Assembly: GCA_973895155.1 (NCBI GenBank)
Contig: OZ316897.1
Span: 10,749,832-10,813,831 of the forward strand
DNA from: Marsupella aquatica
Taxonomy: Eukaryota > Plantae > Marchantiophyta
DNA length: 64,000 bases
Reading direction: 5' to 3'
A program made the position numbers and the translations under genes. This document shows, one piece after another, positions 40,805-53,413 of the stretch (position 1 is its first letter; the number at the start of each line of letters is the position of its first letter). Under the pieces are notes generated by a model. That model did not search any database. It was not told the DNA's origin and saw only the letters and a program-made list of their open reading frames with translations.

Positions 40805-43724
40805 ATGCCTCGGAGGTGACGAGATTTTTTTGTGACGGGTTTTTCCAGCGTTCATTGTCGGTGGCACATTTGGAGTTTTGTCGCATGAAACTTGAATGTG
40901 TGTGGCTGTGCGGATAGATTAGTGAGAGGGCGTTCTAACGGTGGTTAGAACGCGCTGATCGGTATCCGTGGTGCGGAGGAATTGAAGTTTGCATCGTTCG
41001 GGTTTTTTTTTCACAAGCTATGGAGCTTGTTCCCATCTGAATCGGGTTTCTCTTTGTGACGTCCAACCCCTGGGCCCTTAGCGTTACTAATACAGGGAGG
41101 ACGTGCGAACGACGCAAGGGTATTTTTAATGTAATGCAAACTAATTTTTATAATAATTTTTAAAGTCGGCAACATCCCTATATATACATTTGACACAATA
41201 TTAGTAATAAGGCTCTTATCAAATACATGTCACATTACTCTTATGCAAGGGTACCCAAAATGTCAAGGACACGCGTCACTATATGGTTGGTACACATGTC
41301 ATGACTTCATTGGCACACCTGTCCATATAGTAAATCACACATTTAATTATTTGTTCTCCTAAGACAAGTTTGTGTGCCCCCTTATGGTGGGACAAATGGG
41401 TTTTAGTAGACATGTTTACTCGCATTTTTAGGAGTTGAGTCGGGAGTTGAGTAAATGTTGGGTCGGGATCTTTGGGTCCAACTTGGTTGGGGCGGGGGTT
41501 GGGGTTTAGGGATTGATGGGGGATTGATGGGGACCATGGATCAATACCCCCTCCATAGCACATAAACAAACAAGATTACTTTTGAAATGGGTTCAATCAA
41601 ACGGCCAGGTGTGTTTGTGTGTGTGGGGTGGGGGTTTTGTACTCCCTTATCATTGGGGTGAGGGAGGTATCGGGGGCTGGCCACATTGGGGTTCACACAA
41701 CAGGGTTTGCGTGACCCTCCCTTGCATTCCCCCTGCTTCTCTGCAGTTTAGGTCGTTGGATTTTAGACTGGCCATAGCGATCATTTGCTTGTTTGGGCCG
41801 GGGTTTGGGCTGCATGCGGCGTTGGATTTCAGACCCGCCATAGCTATGTTTGTTTGTTAGGCTACACGCAGGGTCCGTCCCGTGTGTATTCTCTGCTCTT
41901 GCACACAGTGAACTTATTCTTTCGGCTCCTCGCTTGGCAAAGTGAGTGCATGCCACCCTCTTGCTACCCCGGGCTTGCTACTTTGCGCGGTTGCGTTAAC
42001 ATGTACATGCCGTGATCTGATGTAACCTCTTTTGATACAGGTTTTAAGGCGGGTTTTTATTTCAGTCTTGTGTAGCTGACAGTTTTTGCACATGTTCTCA
42101 CACAGGGCTTTTGGTTGGTGGACTCGGTGAAAGCCAAAGTGCAGGAAGCAAAACCTGCAGAGGAAGATGCTCGAGCTTGGAAGGTATTGCTTTGCATGAT
42201 CTCTTTTTGTCAATGTAAGTGTTTTGCCAAAAAGCAGCGAAATGCTTCTGAAGATGAGCTTTTTTATTGCAGATTGCAAGCAATCCATTCTGCAATGAAG
42301 CCAGCAACGAAGTAACCTGCATTTGGACAACGACCCGGGACAGCGATCAATCGATGGCTTGGCATGGCGTGGCGTGCGCAAGGAGTAATGCTGTAAGATG
42401 ACGAGGACCCAAACATTGTAAAGAATATTGAGGGAAGGACGAGGGGAAGGAGCCCTCAATACGCAAAACGGCAGCAGTTGAGTCCAATCATTCATTTGAA
42501 CTGCCCCCGGAACTGCCCCGATAATTGCATGTTAACAAGTGAGTTGCTATTGACTTTTCAACAAACAGTTCTTCCATTTGTGATGTTTGTGTCGAGGAGT
42601 TGGGCTTGACTTGTCTGCAACAATGCTTACAGTGTACTCGTAGAATGTTTTGTGGCGAAAGAGATAGAATGTGTGGTCTGCGTCAATGTTTTCCTTGTTT
42701 CGATCAGGCTATCTATTTTCTGAGCCCAACGTCATTTCCATAGCTTTCCTATTATTTAGTAACGTAAAGAGCACTGAAGTAGCTCTTCATTTGCTTTGCT
42801 TGGGAATGTTCTATTTCATTGAGACCAGACCAAAGTTTGTGATGGCGCGCTTCCGCTTTGCTACTGCTGGCGAACATGTTTGTCGAGGATGACAGTAAAC
42901 AATCCCATTAGTGAGAAGCACAGTTTTGGCACGAGGCACAGGAAGAACCTCTTGTATGTGATCAAGGATAGCCTCGTTTTTGGGAACCAGTCCGTCAAGC
43001 ACTGCTCGGCCATCGTGTTCGTCCCCACCACCGTACGTCACTCCTCCTCACCTTGTCACAGAGTTGCGTTCTGTGGCTATTTGGAAATTCCTTCATTCAT
43101 TAATTCCTTGCATGATTTATTAATTCCTTCATTCATTGAAGGATTTGCCTTAGGCAAGAAGGCAGGCAGGAGTCCCGACAGGAGTTTGTCAAAGGCTACG
43201 GGCCACAGAGGAGAAGAGCTAAACGTAGGGGAGAGAGGTAGATCGAGAATCAGGGAAGAGTGTGTGGCATCAAAAGAGGTCAGCAAGTATGGACAATTTC
43301 ATTGTGACAACACTCAGTTATCTCTACTCAGTTAGAATATTGACCAATAATATCTAGTAACTAACTGTCACTGCGTACATGACAGGATCTAGTCGGAGTT
43401 ACATTAGCTAGAAGACAGTTTCTCATTGAAGGACGGTCGGCGTGTTTGACAAAAACAGATGTAAGCCACTATATTCCTCAATGTATCACACTGTAAACCC
43501 TTCTGCATTTCCTCAACTTGGATCTGATGATTGCGCATTGCATACTACGCGACTTTGTTAGTTGTGTACCACTGCATTGATTCTATGCCTTTTGTGCCTC
43601 TGAGTCTACCATTGTCTTAAAGCCTCAGTCTTCGCTATCTTCTCCGTTGCATTGCCTTCTTTTGGTCAACATATCGCTCCAACTACGTTTGGGATTGCAG
43701 TGACTGTTACGTGTTCCTTGCAGG

Positions 43725-43905
43725 TTCCAAATTGACTTCCACAACCTCTGCTTTTGTCTCATTATGGAAGGTGAAGTTTCCACCATTCCCAGGCATGTTC
43801 TTTAAGTTCTTGTTGTCTGTCAAATTTCGGGTAAAATTGTTTATTCTCGGAACGCCATCAGTGTAGTTGAAGTCTACAACATGCGTGCCATGATCGCCAT
43901 AGTGG
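43725..43905 (-). pseudogene. Possible captured fragment of a different PPO (segment between CuA and CuB)
   Basis: AHYGDHGTHVVDFNY...NETKAEVVEVNL resembles the PPO pattern H-x-P-x(n)-VDLxY...xxEQIxxNL and the local NASAEDIIDSNL. No copper ligands are included. Confidence 0.35.
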
Positions 43906-44011
43906 GCGATGCTTGAGGCGAGCCGCATCCACATGACATGAATCTTGCGAGATTCATTAAATTAACATACATAGAGCAGTCCAGACGTATCAGTTCAGGG
44001 TCCAACCGTAC

Positions 44012-44780
44012 CTATGGACTGGGTAAAGAGCTCTGCTCTAGCTGTGTTTAACCCTTGAAGATGAAGTTCTGGGTAATGCCCTTCAACTTCAGCGACAGCT
44101 CCAATCCGATCGAAAAGCGAAATTCCTGCTCCAAAATCTTTCAGCTTCCATTCAGTCCAGATTTTGAGTCCATTGTCGGCCTTTGCCAATCTCCACCCTA
44201 CAATTCCTGTCCGGGTCATCGTAACAGACTTGATTTCACATGAAATTATTTTGTGCTGAAATAATACCTGAATTAACACTGTCGTCAGAAGGTCACATAT
44301 TTTTGCAATTGTTCTTTCAATTGCTTCTCTGCAACCAGTCACACTGAACGGTAAACCCAGAAGCAAATGGCCAATCATTTTGGGAGAATTGAGCTAGAAA
44401 CACTATTATATAAAGTGAGGCTCAGCGTAGAGACCTTGCGAAGCAATGCCGTGGCTTCCTCCTCAGACAGAGGAACAGTCCCTAGCTCTAGCGGCGTGCA
44501 GTTCCTCTCCGACAATCCCAGCAACGAGGGAGGAATTAGTATAATATGCTTAGTACCCTCATTGCCAAGACTTTTCTCACCAAAATTCCAAAGATGGCCA
44601 CCGCGCGAGAGTATTTGACGACAAGTTGTAGTTGTGCACCCCACAAAATGAAGCCGAGCTCAAAGAGGCGAGCGCTGAGGGGGACGAGGACGTCGCTCTC
44701 GCACGGAAAGAAGGTGATGAAAGGGCGGGCGAGTGGCGAAGCAAACTGCTGGAGCAGCAGATCAGGGACGCAGCAGCCAT
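44012..44780 (-). pseudogene. RAF2: RAF2 / pterin-4a-carbinolamine dehydratase-like (PCD-fold Rubisco accumulation factor 2) fragment
   Basis: Ser/Ala-rich transit-like start MAAASLICCSSSLL; NFGEKSLGNEGTKHIILIP...PLSEEEATALLRK | IVGWRL...WKLKDFGAGISLFDRIGAVAEVEGHYPELHL...RAELFTQSIG. Intron retained (donor after 44435). Frameshift in exon 1, DFGARDP-type motif missing, and last exon absent. Confidence 0.8.
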
Positions 44781-46444
44781 AGCTCGATTTCCTTCAGCTT
44801 TGTAGATCTCATCGAGCACCGCTTCCTATATTCTCTTTGCCTTCTCTCTGCCTCCTACACACAATCATCCGGGGAGTGTTCTTTTATTCGGAGACTGTAG
44901 AGGGCTCCAAGTGATTTCAACCCGGTTTGGACTTGTCCCCGGCTCAGTCCAACTTTGCCCAGTCTAGCAGACTATCTCTTTCGCTGGTTTATGAGATCAA
45001 TTTTCTCCAAGTCTCCAGCTGCTCTACCTTGGTATCCACAACTTGACGCCAACGTACAGTAGTTGGCCGGTATTTTTGGCAGGTAGCAGGACTAAAATTA
45101 TCGTAGAATAGATGCTAAACTATGGTATCCTGTTGATATTTTGTAAGATTCTCTTTGTTGGTGGATTTGTACAGGTCTTGAAGTTTAATCAAGATTAGAA
45201 TACTATCAATGAATGCCACCCCTGGTCAAGTTATTCTCGGCACTTCTATACTATATTACAGGTTTGTTTTCTAATTGCTTGTTATCTCTGTTTTGTCAAC
45301 TGCCAAGAAGTCCAGGACTGTGGCTAATGCTTTTTGCATCTCCATTCATTCATTGTTGTTTGTCTGGAGCAGGCTTGTTGTTGTCGACTTCCAATGTGGA
45401 TCTAGTTTCCGTCCCTGACCCGTTCAAGCAGCCAATGCAAATACACAAGTAAGTAAAGAATCAGTGGTGCCTCTTCTTGCAGTCAGATGCCCTACTTTCA
45501 TTTTGCCGTGCATTCCTGATTGTACGTTGTCTCTTGTACAGTCGATTCATGCTTGTTGTCTTGTATGAATCCGCTTACAAACAGGGCTTTGTGTGTTTGC
45601 TCAGGTAAGCATTTCTTTATGTTTTGTGAATTAGGCTTTGTCTTTCTGTTGTAGAAGTAGGACCGTTTGCAGGTCCCATCAAATCCAAGGAGACCATTGG
45701 GGAAGTAATGCCCTCAGTGGAGATTGTCAGATTTCATCCCTGACAATCTAGCGCTCTTTGGAGGCGAAGCAGGTGCAGGTAGCCTGGGAGGGGGGGGGGG
45801 AAGATTGCTTAGAGCCTTGCCAGATAGGATTTGGGTGGTCCATGGAATGTTGCTATTCATGAATGGTCGAGCCTCTCTGAGCGAGTCTGTGAGTAAATAA
45901 ATTTTGATCAGCCCATTGCACATGTCGAGGAGAGGGATTGGAGTGATGGGCCTGGCCCCGACTGCACATGGACCAAGCACAGACTGGGACAAGCTAATAT
46001 GTTGGGACAAGCTAATTCAGGACAAGCTTAAATGGCCATGTGCAGATCTCATACTCTCTTGTGCTTACGCTGAAACCAGAGTCCTTGCATGCAAAGGGTA
46101 CGTCCCTTCCCACCCGAAAGGAGAAAGCTGCAATGGATCTTAGACAAGCCAATTACCATGAGAAATGGCCGGGATGGGGCAAGGCCCTTGTGGAATTGGT
46201 CTGGTGGATGCGGTCTTGACATATGGGCTTCCTTAGGCTACTTGTAGGAGGCCAAAACTTCCCAAATCCCCATGTTGAGCAATGTCATTGAATGGGTCGT
46301 TACAAAGTAACCCATAATTGGTTGAAGTGTTATGATTGTGTCCATTTTGATTGTGGTGCTTCACTCTTGTCTTGTGCTATGTTTGCAGGCCTATGCCCCT
46401 AGCATATGTCAATTGGTTAGGGAATTAAACGTTGGACATAGAGG

Positions 46445-49400
46445 ATGCCGCCTGCCACTGTATTTCAAGCAGACTCTGAGTCAGGGGAACGGAAACCCCT
46501 GACATCATATAGCTACAAGATAGGTGAAACCTTTTATGATGCTAGAAAGAACTTGGAGTCAGGTTTTGACTTCGAGTTCCATTTCATGGACATCAACCTT
46601 GCTTGTAGAATGTTGGAGAAATTTGAGAGGTATAATCTGGTAGAGGATTGTGGTGGGAAGATTGTCATTATCCCAAAATACCCCAACAATTTTGTCCAAG
46701 GAGATGTGCAGAATGGGTCACAACAAGTCCTTGGAAGTAGCCATGCATCCAATGGACCTGGTAGCACATCTTGTGGTACTCCCACAATAGATGAACCCTC
46801 TAACCAGCATGTAGGTGGAGCTCCATCTCAGGAGGCCCAACCTGCAAGTACCCCATCCCAGGATGGCCAGCCTATTGGTGGAGCCCCATCCCAGGAAGTT
46901 GAATCACAAGTCAGCCTAGAGTCTGAATTAATGTCTCATGACCTCAAAATAGCATGGGAGACTTCTGTGACGAAGTTGATAGAGTGGATGACTTTTATTA
47001 AGTGTGTGGACCACAAATGGAAAGTCAGAACCTGGGACAAGGATGGTGTGCCTCGTGGGCATATTGAGTGTTGTGAATGTGACTTCAGATATCAAGCAGT
47101 TGCATGTAGCAGTGTCAAGGGTGTGGATAAAACTATGGTCAATAATGTGTTTACAAACTTCAGAGTGAAACATTTGCCATCAAAAAAGCATGCTCGACGT
47201 GTAGCATCTAATAGGGGTGAGAAAGTGGATCACAGAGAGATTTCTCAGAGGGCTGAGGCTTGTACTCTGAATGATAGAGCCATACTTGATCAACATGTCA
47301 AGATTGTGGAGAAGATAAACTCAGCACAAATTGCTGGTGGGCTTGTTGGGTGTGATACCTTTACAGTAATAGGTGATGTGGACAAAGAGCCCCTAGAGTT
47401 GATGAAGTTCAAACTTCGTTGTGAGTTTTGTGCTGAAAACTTGACATTGATTCCAAAACAACGCAATTTGGAAACAAATTTGGAAGCCCATGTGGGAGGC
47501 TTAAGTCATCTTAACTATGTCATGAGAAGTCAAAAGCCTGCTAGGGGTAACCCAGTGCACAGTGGAAGGCCTGGAAGACCTCGTGCACCAGATGGAAGGG
47601 ATGTGAAACAACAGAAAATAGCTGGGTTCTTAACTCGCCCCTCAACTGGAGGAGCTTCCAGTTCTAGTTCAAAAGACAAAGGTACTCTTGACAATCTCTC
47701 TTTGCTATGCTGGGGTCTCTGGCGTGATGTGGTGAAATATGGTTCAGATACCAGGCCTATCAAGGAAATTTTAAATGATCAGCTTAAATTAGATGGGAAC
47801 TGGTATGCGGAGCCCATAGTGAGGGCAGAGGTGTGGTGTTTGACGACTCAGGAAAACTGTGTGATCTCTGGTTTATTTAGACACAGAGAGTGTAGACGAA
47901 TTTCGGAACTTGGTGGTGGGTTTATAGACTTATCCTGTACGCAATGTTTTAGCATAAAAACAGAGCAGGACTTTCGACTCAGAGTTTACAGGGAGTACAA
48001 AGCTCTTGAAAAAAGAGGTTGTAGAACTGCTGGTAAAGGTAGGCGCTTAGACTATTTGACTATTCCAGAGGTCCAATACCAAGCTAAAAGTTATAGGAAC
48101 CAAATTTTGAGAGAACGAAAGTTACAGAGAATCTTGAGTCACAAGCTACTCATGGCAAAGGCTCTGGTCCCCAGCATTAGTGAAGTGTGTCTTCACTATG
48201 AGGAACCAAACAAAGCAACTGTATTGAAATTCTGTCATTCAATAATATTGGCACACAAATGAGGTGCCTTTGGTGGGAGAGGAGCTCTGTGGGATATGTT
48301 ATCAGACATAGCACAGAACATCAATAGGGAGAAGACAGGATATCGTTTTAGGCCTGGAACAAAACTTTTTTGCCAAACACTGTTTTTACATGGCGGAAGA
48401 CGTGTAGTTGATTGTCTTGCAACCAATGGAATTGGTCCCACTCTCAACACCCTTCAAAGGGATAAGAGAGGCATGGTAGTGTTTCGTGCTGGAATTCATG
48501 TAGAGCAATTTCAGTTTATTGCGGAAGTATTTTCCAAATTGAAGGCTCGATTAAATATACATGGACCCATTCCATGCTTTTTGGCAGAGGACGAGACTTG
48601 TGTGAAGAGGACTGTGAGGTGACTATTCACTGCCTCCTCTTGCTCTAGTCATTCTTTTCCTTCAGTATGTATTTTTGTGCTACACAAAAATATTGAACAA
48701 GAACTAATGAAGAAACCACCTGCTATTGGTTGCAGATGGCTGCCAAAACATGATACTCTTCTTGGATTTTGTGGGACAAAAAAGGATCATGAGTGCAGTG
48801 TTGGCTTGGAGATCATAGTGGGGGAAGGAGAAGTTGGCTTCAACAACATTGCAGATGCATTTGACAATTATGTTATAGCTCACCAGGCAAGGTGTTTGAT
48901 AGTAAATGCCCTTGTTGCTGGATTCCCTCGATTGTGCATACTAGGGATGGGCACCTGTAACAAGTTTGATGCTCCATGGGTCAGGCGACAATGGAACAGC
49001 CTAGCCTCACTGTGGACAACTCATTGCCTAGAGTGTGTGGGGCCATTATTGGGTCATGCAAGCGATGGGGATGCACGAAGGAGAAAGCTTATGTTGGAAG
49101 ACTACTCTGGAAGTGGAATACCAGGGCCAAGGCAGGACCTAAGGTGGGAAGCTTGGAAATTGAGCCACTCTATGACCACTACTGGACCATTGATCCATGC
49201 ATATGGATTGCATGATCAAGATTTTATTCATAATGGGAAGAAGTTAGTGAACCCATTGGATTCTACTTCTCGTATTTTGAAATTAGGAGCGGAAATGGCA
49301 AACCTGAGTCACATCATATCCTGTTACAAAGTGTACCTGAACAGTGATCATGGCTTGAATGAAGAGGACAAGTCAAGGAAAGACAGACAAAATTGGGCTA

Positions 49401-51151
49401 GTGCACAACGACTCTGTAGTCGCAAAGTACAGTCCTCCTTACGGATGCTTCGCCAACGTGGTGATGCAAGAGTTGAACAGACTCTTGGGACAGAAGTTTA
49501 CACTAGGATATGTGCAGACTACATTGACATATTTCTGAATACTAGTCTGAGTTTGCGACAGAGGATTGTCCATTGTGGGAAGGTGGGGTTCTTCTTTAGA
49601 CTATGGCGTCAATGGTGCTTTCATGGAAACCATTCAGTGGGAGGGAATACACAACCAATCAGTTTCACAAAAAATTGCATTCCCATGCAAAGTTTCCTTG
49701 ACATTCAGATGTCAGTTCATTTTGTGGTCCTGTTGGTAATCCAATTCAGAGACAATTTTCGACATCTTCCAGTGCCATTGCATTTGACTAGGTCAGATGC
49801 TTGTGAGCAGTTTTTTTCTGCTGTAGGAGGTATGAATGGTCATGAACGAAGTTATGACTTGGCTGAGTTAGTAGAATGTGCTACCAATCGAAATCGATTG
49901 GCTGCAATGGATCTGGCAGAAGGAATGATGGGTGCAGGGAAGAGTCACAAGAAACATGAAAACATTTGGATGAAGCTCACTACAATCCCAGCAGGAATTC
50001 CTACTGTAGCAGATCAAATGGACTATATAGGGATTGAAACCAATGGAGAAATAGTGATTGCACTGCAAGAAGGTTTTCAGCTTGCCCAAAATGCATGCAC
50101 TGAATTACAAATGAACCCTTCCACATCTTGCAAAGACAAGGTGTGGTGGAATTCCCCATGGAAGATGGAGGCTAAAGGGGTCAAGTTTGGTAGTTGGTGT
50201 GATGTGAATGTTGATACATTAGTAGATGGAGGGGCAGATGTGGAGGAATCTGAGGAAGGTGAAACAACCTCTCATGAGCCTGCATCCTCATCTACTTCAA
50301 CAGAAGTTGTAGAGCCTGAGGACTCTGAGTTACCTGTCCCAACAGAACAACTTTTGATATATGCAGACCCAGATGTAGAGGGAGTTGCTGCTCAAATGGA
50401 GGCCACCATGGGGATCATGCATTCTGACTTGATATATGGAGCAGCAACACAAGATGTGAAGCCAACCGTTGAATACCAAAATCGGTCCATTTACAAAAGT
50501 ACTTTGGTCAGCCAACTGACCCACAACCCTCTCCTCAGCAAAGACAGATTGACTCGGATAAAGCAAAATCATTACTTCAATCATTTAGTGGACAAACCCA
50601 ATGTTAGGGCAGGTGTTCAAACAATGTTTGTAACAGTAGGTTCAGATTGTGGAGTACTATTCTTGGATGATACATACAGTGCTCGTGAAACTAGAAGTTC
50701 AGAAGCAATTTCACGAACATTGAGAGGAAAAGGACAAAGAAAGAGAGGAAGCAGCAGATCAGATGATTTTGTTCCAAATCCGAAGAGGCCAAGAGGTGCA
50801 GCTGTGGCAATGTATTCAACTACAACACCAAAATATATGTGGTGGATAGGCAGAATACAAAGTATACACAAAAAATATGGTGGGAAACAGGACAGAGCAA
50901 GAGGTGAATTGGATTTGCTTGATAGGCCTGGTGGTGAGGAGGCATGTAAAATTATGTTCCAATGGTTTTCTCCAATTGGAACTAGTAGGCATAAATTTGC
51001 CTACAATGTGTGTGATCCACAATTTATCGATTTGGACTGTGTCATATCAACAGTCCACTTGACAGTGGATCCACTATGCCCAGGAGTTTTTCAATTGCAT
51101 CCAGATGATGCAGTTTCTCTTGATAATTTTGCCAAAAACAAAATTCAGTAA
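46445..51151 (+). pseudogene. P-element-superfamily-like DDE transposase, about 1529 codons. Exons 46445-48618 and 48736-51151; one in-frame TGA at 48260-48262
   Basis: Putative catalytic motifs LAEDET (D1), HASDGD (D2), QDFIH (D-x2-H), DRQNWASAQRLCS (insertion-domain motif) and SDACEQFFS (E). A 117-bp GT-AG intron (48619-48735) restores the frame (TVR|WLP). N-terminal CxxC...HxxxxxH fingers. Confidence 0.8.
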
Positions 51152-51476
51152 TCTTATATATGTAACAGGGTAAGCAATTTTCAGTGTTTATGCATGTATC
51201 TTTTAAGTTTCTGATTGCTATGAAAGGCTTTTGAATGAGATTTTGATCCTGCCTCTGATATTTCAATCCTTGTTGGATCACAGAGTTGACAGGGAAATTA
51301 TCCACCATGTCTAAGTAACAATTTCAGTCAAAGAAGATGTTATGGTATTACTCCCATATTTCTCAGTATTGATTTCCTTGTGTTATGAGTATTGTCTAGA
51401 ATCAATTATTAATGTGTGGTTTGATAAATCAGGTTCAGAAGAAATTGCCAAGAACTTTGCTGATCATTTGGTGTGA

Positions 51477-51576
51477 AGGATGAAGGCATTACCTGGTTTG
51501 GATAGGTCAGGATGAAGGCATTACCTGGTTGGTTAGCTCAGGATGAAGGCATTACCTGGTTGGTTAGCTCAGGATG
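51477..51576. repeat. 31-32-bp tandem repeat, 3 copies, downstream of the transposase
   Basis: AGGATGAAGGCATTACCTGGTT(T)GG(A/T)TAG(G/C)TC repeated. Confidence 0.9.
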
Positions 51577-53413
51577 GAAGAATTTAGCATGAGTGTATAT
51601 GCAATTGTTCCTCTAGGGTACTAGAGCATCATATTCACTTTCTTAGATGTAGTATTAGTTTAGTTCACCTTTCGGCATGATGTCTATAAGTAACCTGATA
51701 TATTATTATCTGGTACTAGTTTTGTTTACCTATATAAAAGGTGTAGCCTGTGTAAGATCAAGTTTTTGATGCAAAACAATATCAATATGCATAATCTATA
51801 TTTATGATTCTGAATCGTTTGCATGTTTATATAGCATTCATACTTTTAAAAAGTCAAGGGTGTTTTCAATTATTTGGAAACCTCTTTTATAAGTTACTCA
51901 AGGGTCAAATTTAATAGTAAAAATTAATATTTTTATATTAACAAGAGATATTTTAATGAAGAAAAAAATATTAAGAAGGGGTACAAGGGGGGGTCTGTTC
52001 TCAGGGGGGTTCACTTAATATACTAAGAGTGAGGGCCCAGGGCGTCCAACTTGGTGGAAGAAACGCGAAGTGCTACGGCTCAACGGTTTGATCGCGGTGA
52101 GGTTGTCGTTTTGAGCCCGGGATTGGCACTTGACGTAGAGTGAAGATGATGCGGCGGAAATTTTTTTCCAGAGCTGGGGCTTCAGACTGTGCAGGTGCAA
52201 TTTGACAACTTTTTCCGTCGGCATCGTTCACTTTTCTCATGAGAAGTAGCGGTGATTAAGGTGCGTAACCGACATTTTTTCATTGAAACGACAAATTTTT
52301 GTTTAGGTTACCTTAGGGGAGTTTTTGTGTGAATACACACAAAAATGTGTGTATACACATGGACTCCCCCGCATACCCCCACACCCTCGCGTAACCACCC
52401 ACCTCCCGCATTCACTTAGCCGCGGATGCGGCCCGCAGCGCCGGCCGGTGCTTCGTATGCCGCTGCGACCCTCTGCTACCGCCTGCTGCACCCCTGCACG
52501 ACGCCCTTGCCGGCTGATCCGCCCCTCCCCGTTTAACTTTGCAGGCCATGGGCTGTGGCCCGCCCGTCCTTTACTTGCCCTCGCCACCGGCCACTTCGCG
52601 ACTGCCTCTTATCCCCGGCCCGGCCGTACGCGGACGCGACAGCACTCACCCCGGCCATATGCCCTTCCTATACCCTGTTTGGCCCGCCTCACGTATGCGC
52701 GATGCGGATGCGCGTTGTGGGCGTATTTTTGTTTAAAGGGCCATTACACCCCCCTTTAAGGACCACTTTTTTGTCTTTTTCTTGCCGGCTGTTCTATTGG
52801 CTGTCTCGGGCCCTGTGACCCTTTGTTTTAACCGCTCCGATAGGGGGAACAACCCCCTGTGAGACCTGTCAAACTGTGCGGGAATAGTCCCAAAAAAATA
52901 GAGAGCTATTTTTTGACCGTCCGACAAAGATTTCGTCCGCCGAACGATAACATTTTTGGTTCTTTTTTGGTGAAGACGTTGCCAATGGACGACGACGGGT
53001 TGTACTTGGTATTTTGGTTATTCTCCGAGGTGGTCAAAACGGGGGAGTTTCCCAAGGTTTTACCCATCCCGACCAAAATTTGGATAACTTTTCCGTTGAA
53101 TTTTGATTTTGATTTTGGCTTTCAGTATTGGACTCCTAGCTTTGTGGGCAACACGGCGGTGTTGAGTTTTGAGTTTTATGAGAAGTTTTGAAAAAAGACA
53201 TTTTTTCATGATTATTTCATATGAGTGACTTGGAGGATACTAGAAGAATTGGCGTCAGTGGAGCTTCAGGATCATGACGATCAGACGGAGAGTCCGACGA
53301 GGAGCTGCTACCGTTTGAGGAGGAACTTGTAACACCTACTATCACCAGTGCGGCGTGCAGTGGAGGAAGCTATGTTACTACCAGAGCTGTTGGTAGTGGG
53401 GAAGAAGAGGGAG

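Larger units (their letters stand above)
41068..52042 (+). mobile_element. 10,975-bp P-element-like TIR DNA transposon with captured gene fragments
   Basis: Perfect 8-bp TSD CGTCCAAC (41060-41067 and 52043-52050). 11-bp TIR CCCTGGGCCCT / AGGGCCCAGGG. Internal transposase gene at 46445-51151. Confidence 0.92.

Noticed and set aside
10906-44780. Biosynthetic gene cluster linking PPO, VDE and RAF2
   Set aside because: VDE and RAF2 are broken fragments, and RAF2 is transposon cargo. Only the PPO paralogs are intact.
41068-52042. hAT classification based on the 8-bp TSD
   Set aside because: No hAT hallmark motifs are visible (D-x-W, C-x2-H, RW-x-S, C-terminal dimerisation SxxxERxFS). The D-x2-H and DRQN motifs fit P-like transposases better.
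52284-53196. Separate insertion bounded by GACATTTTTT(T)CAT repeats in the Copia 5' UTR
   Set aside because: No TIR, LTR or poly(A) ends are evident and the repeat is low-complexity; treated as Copia leader sequence.
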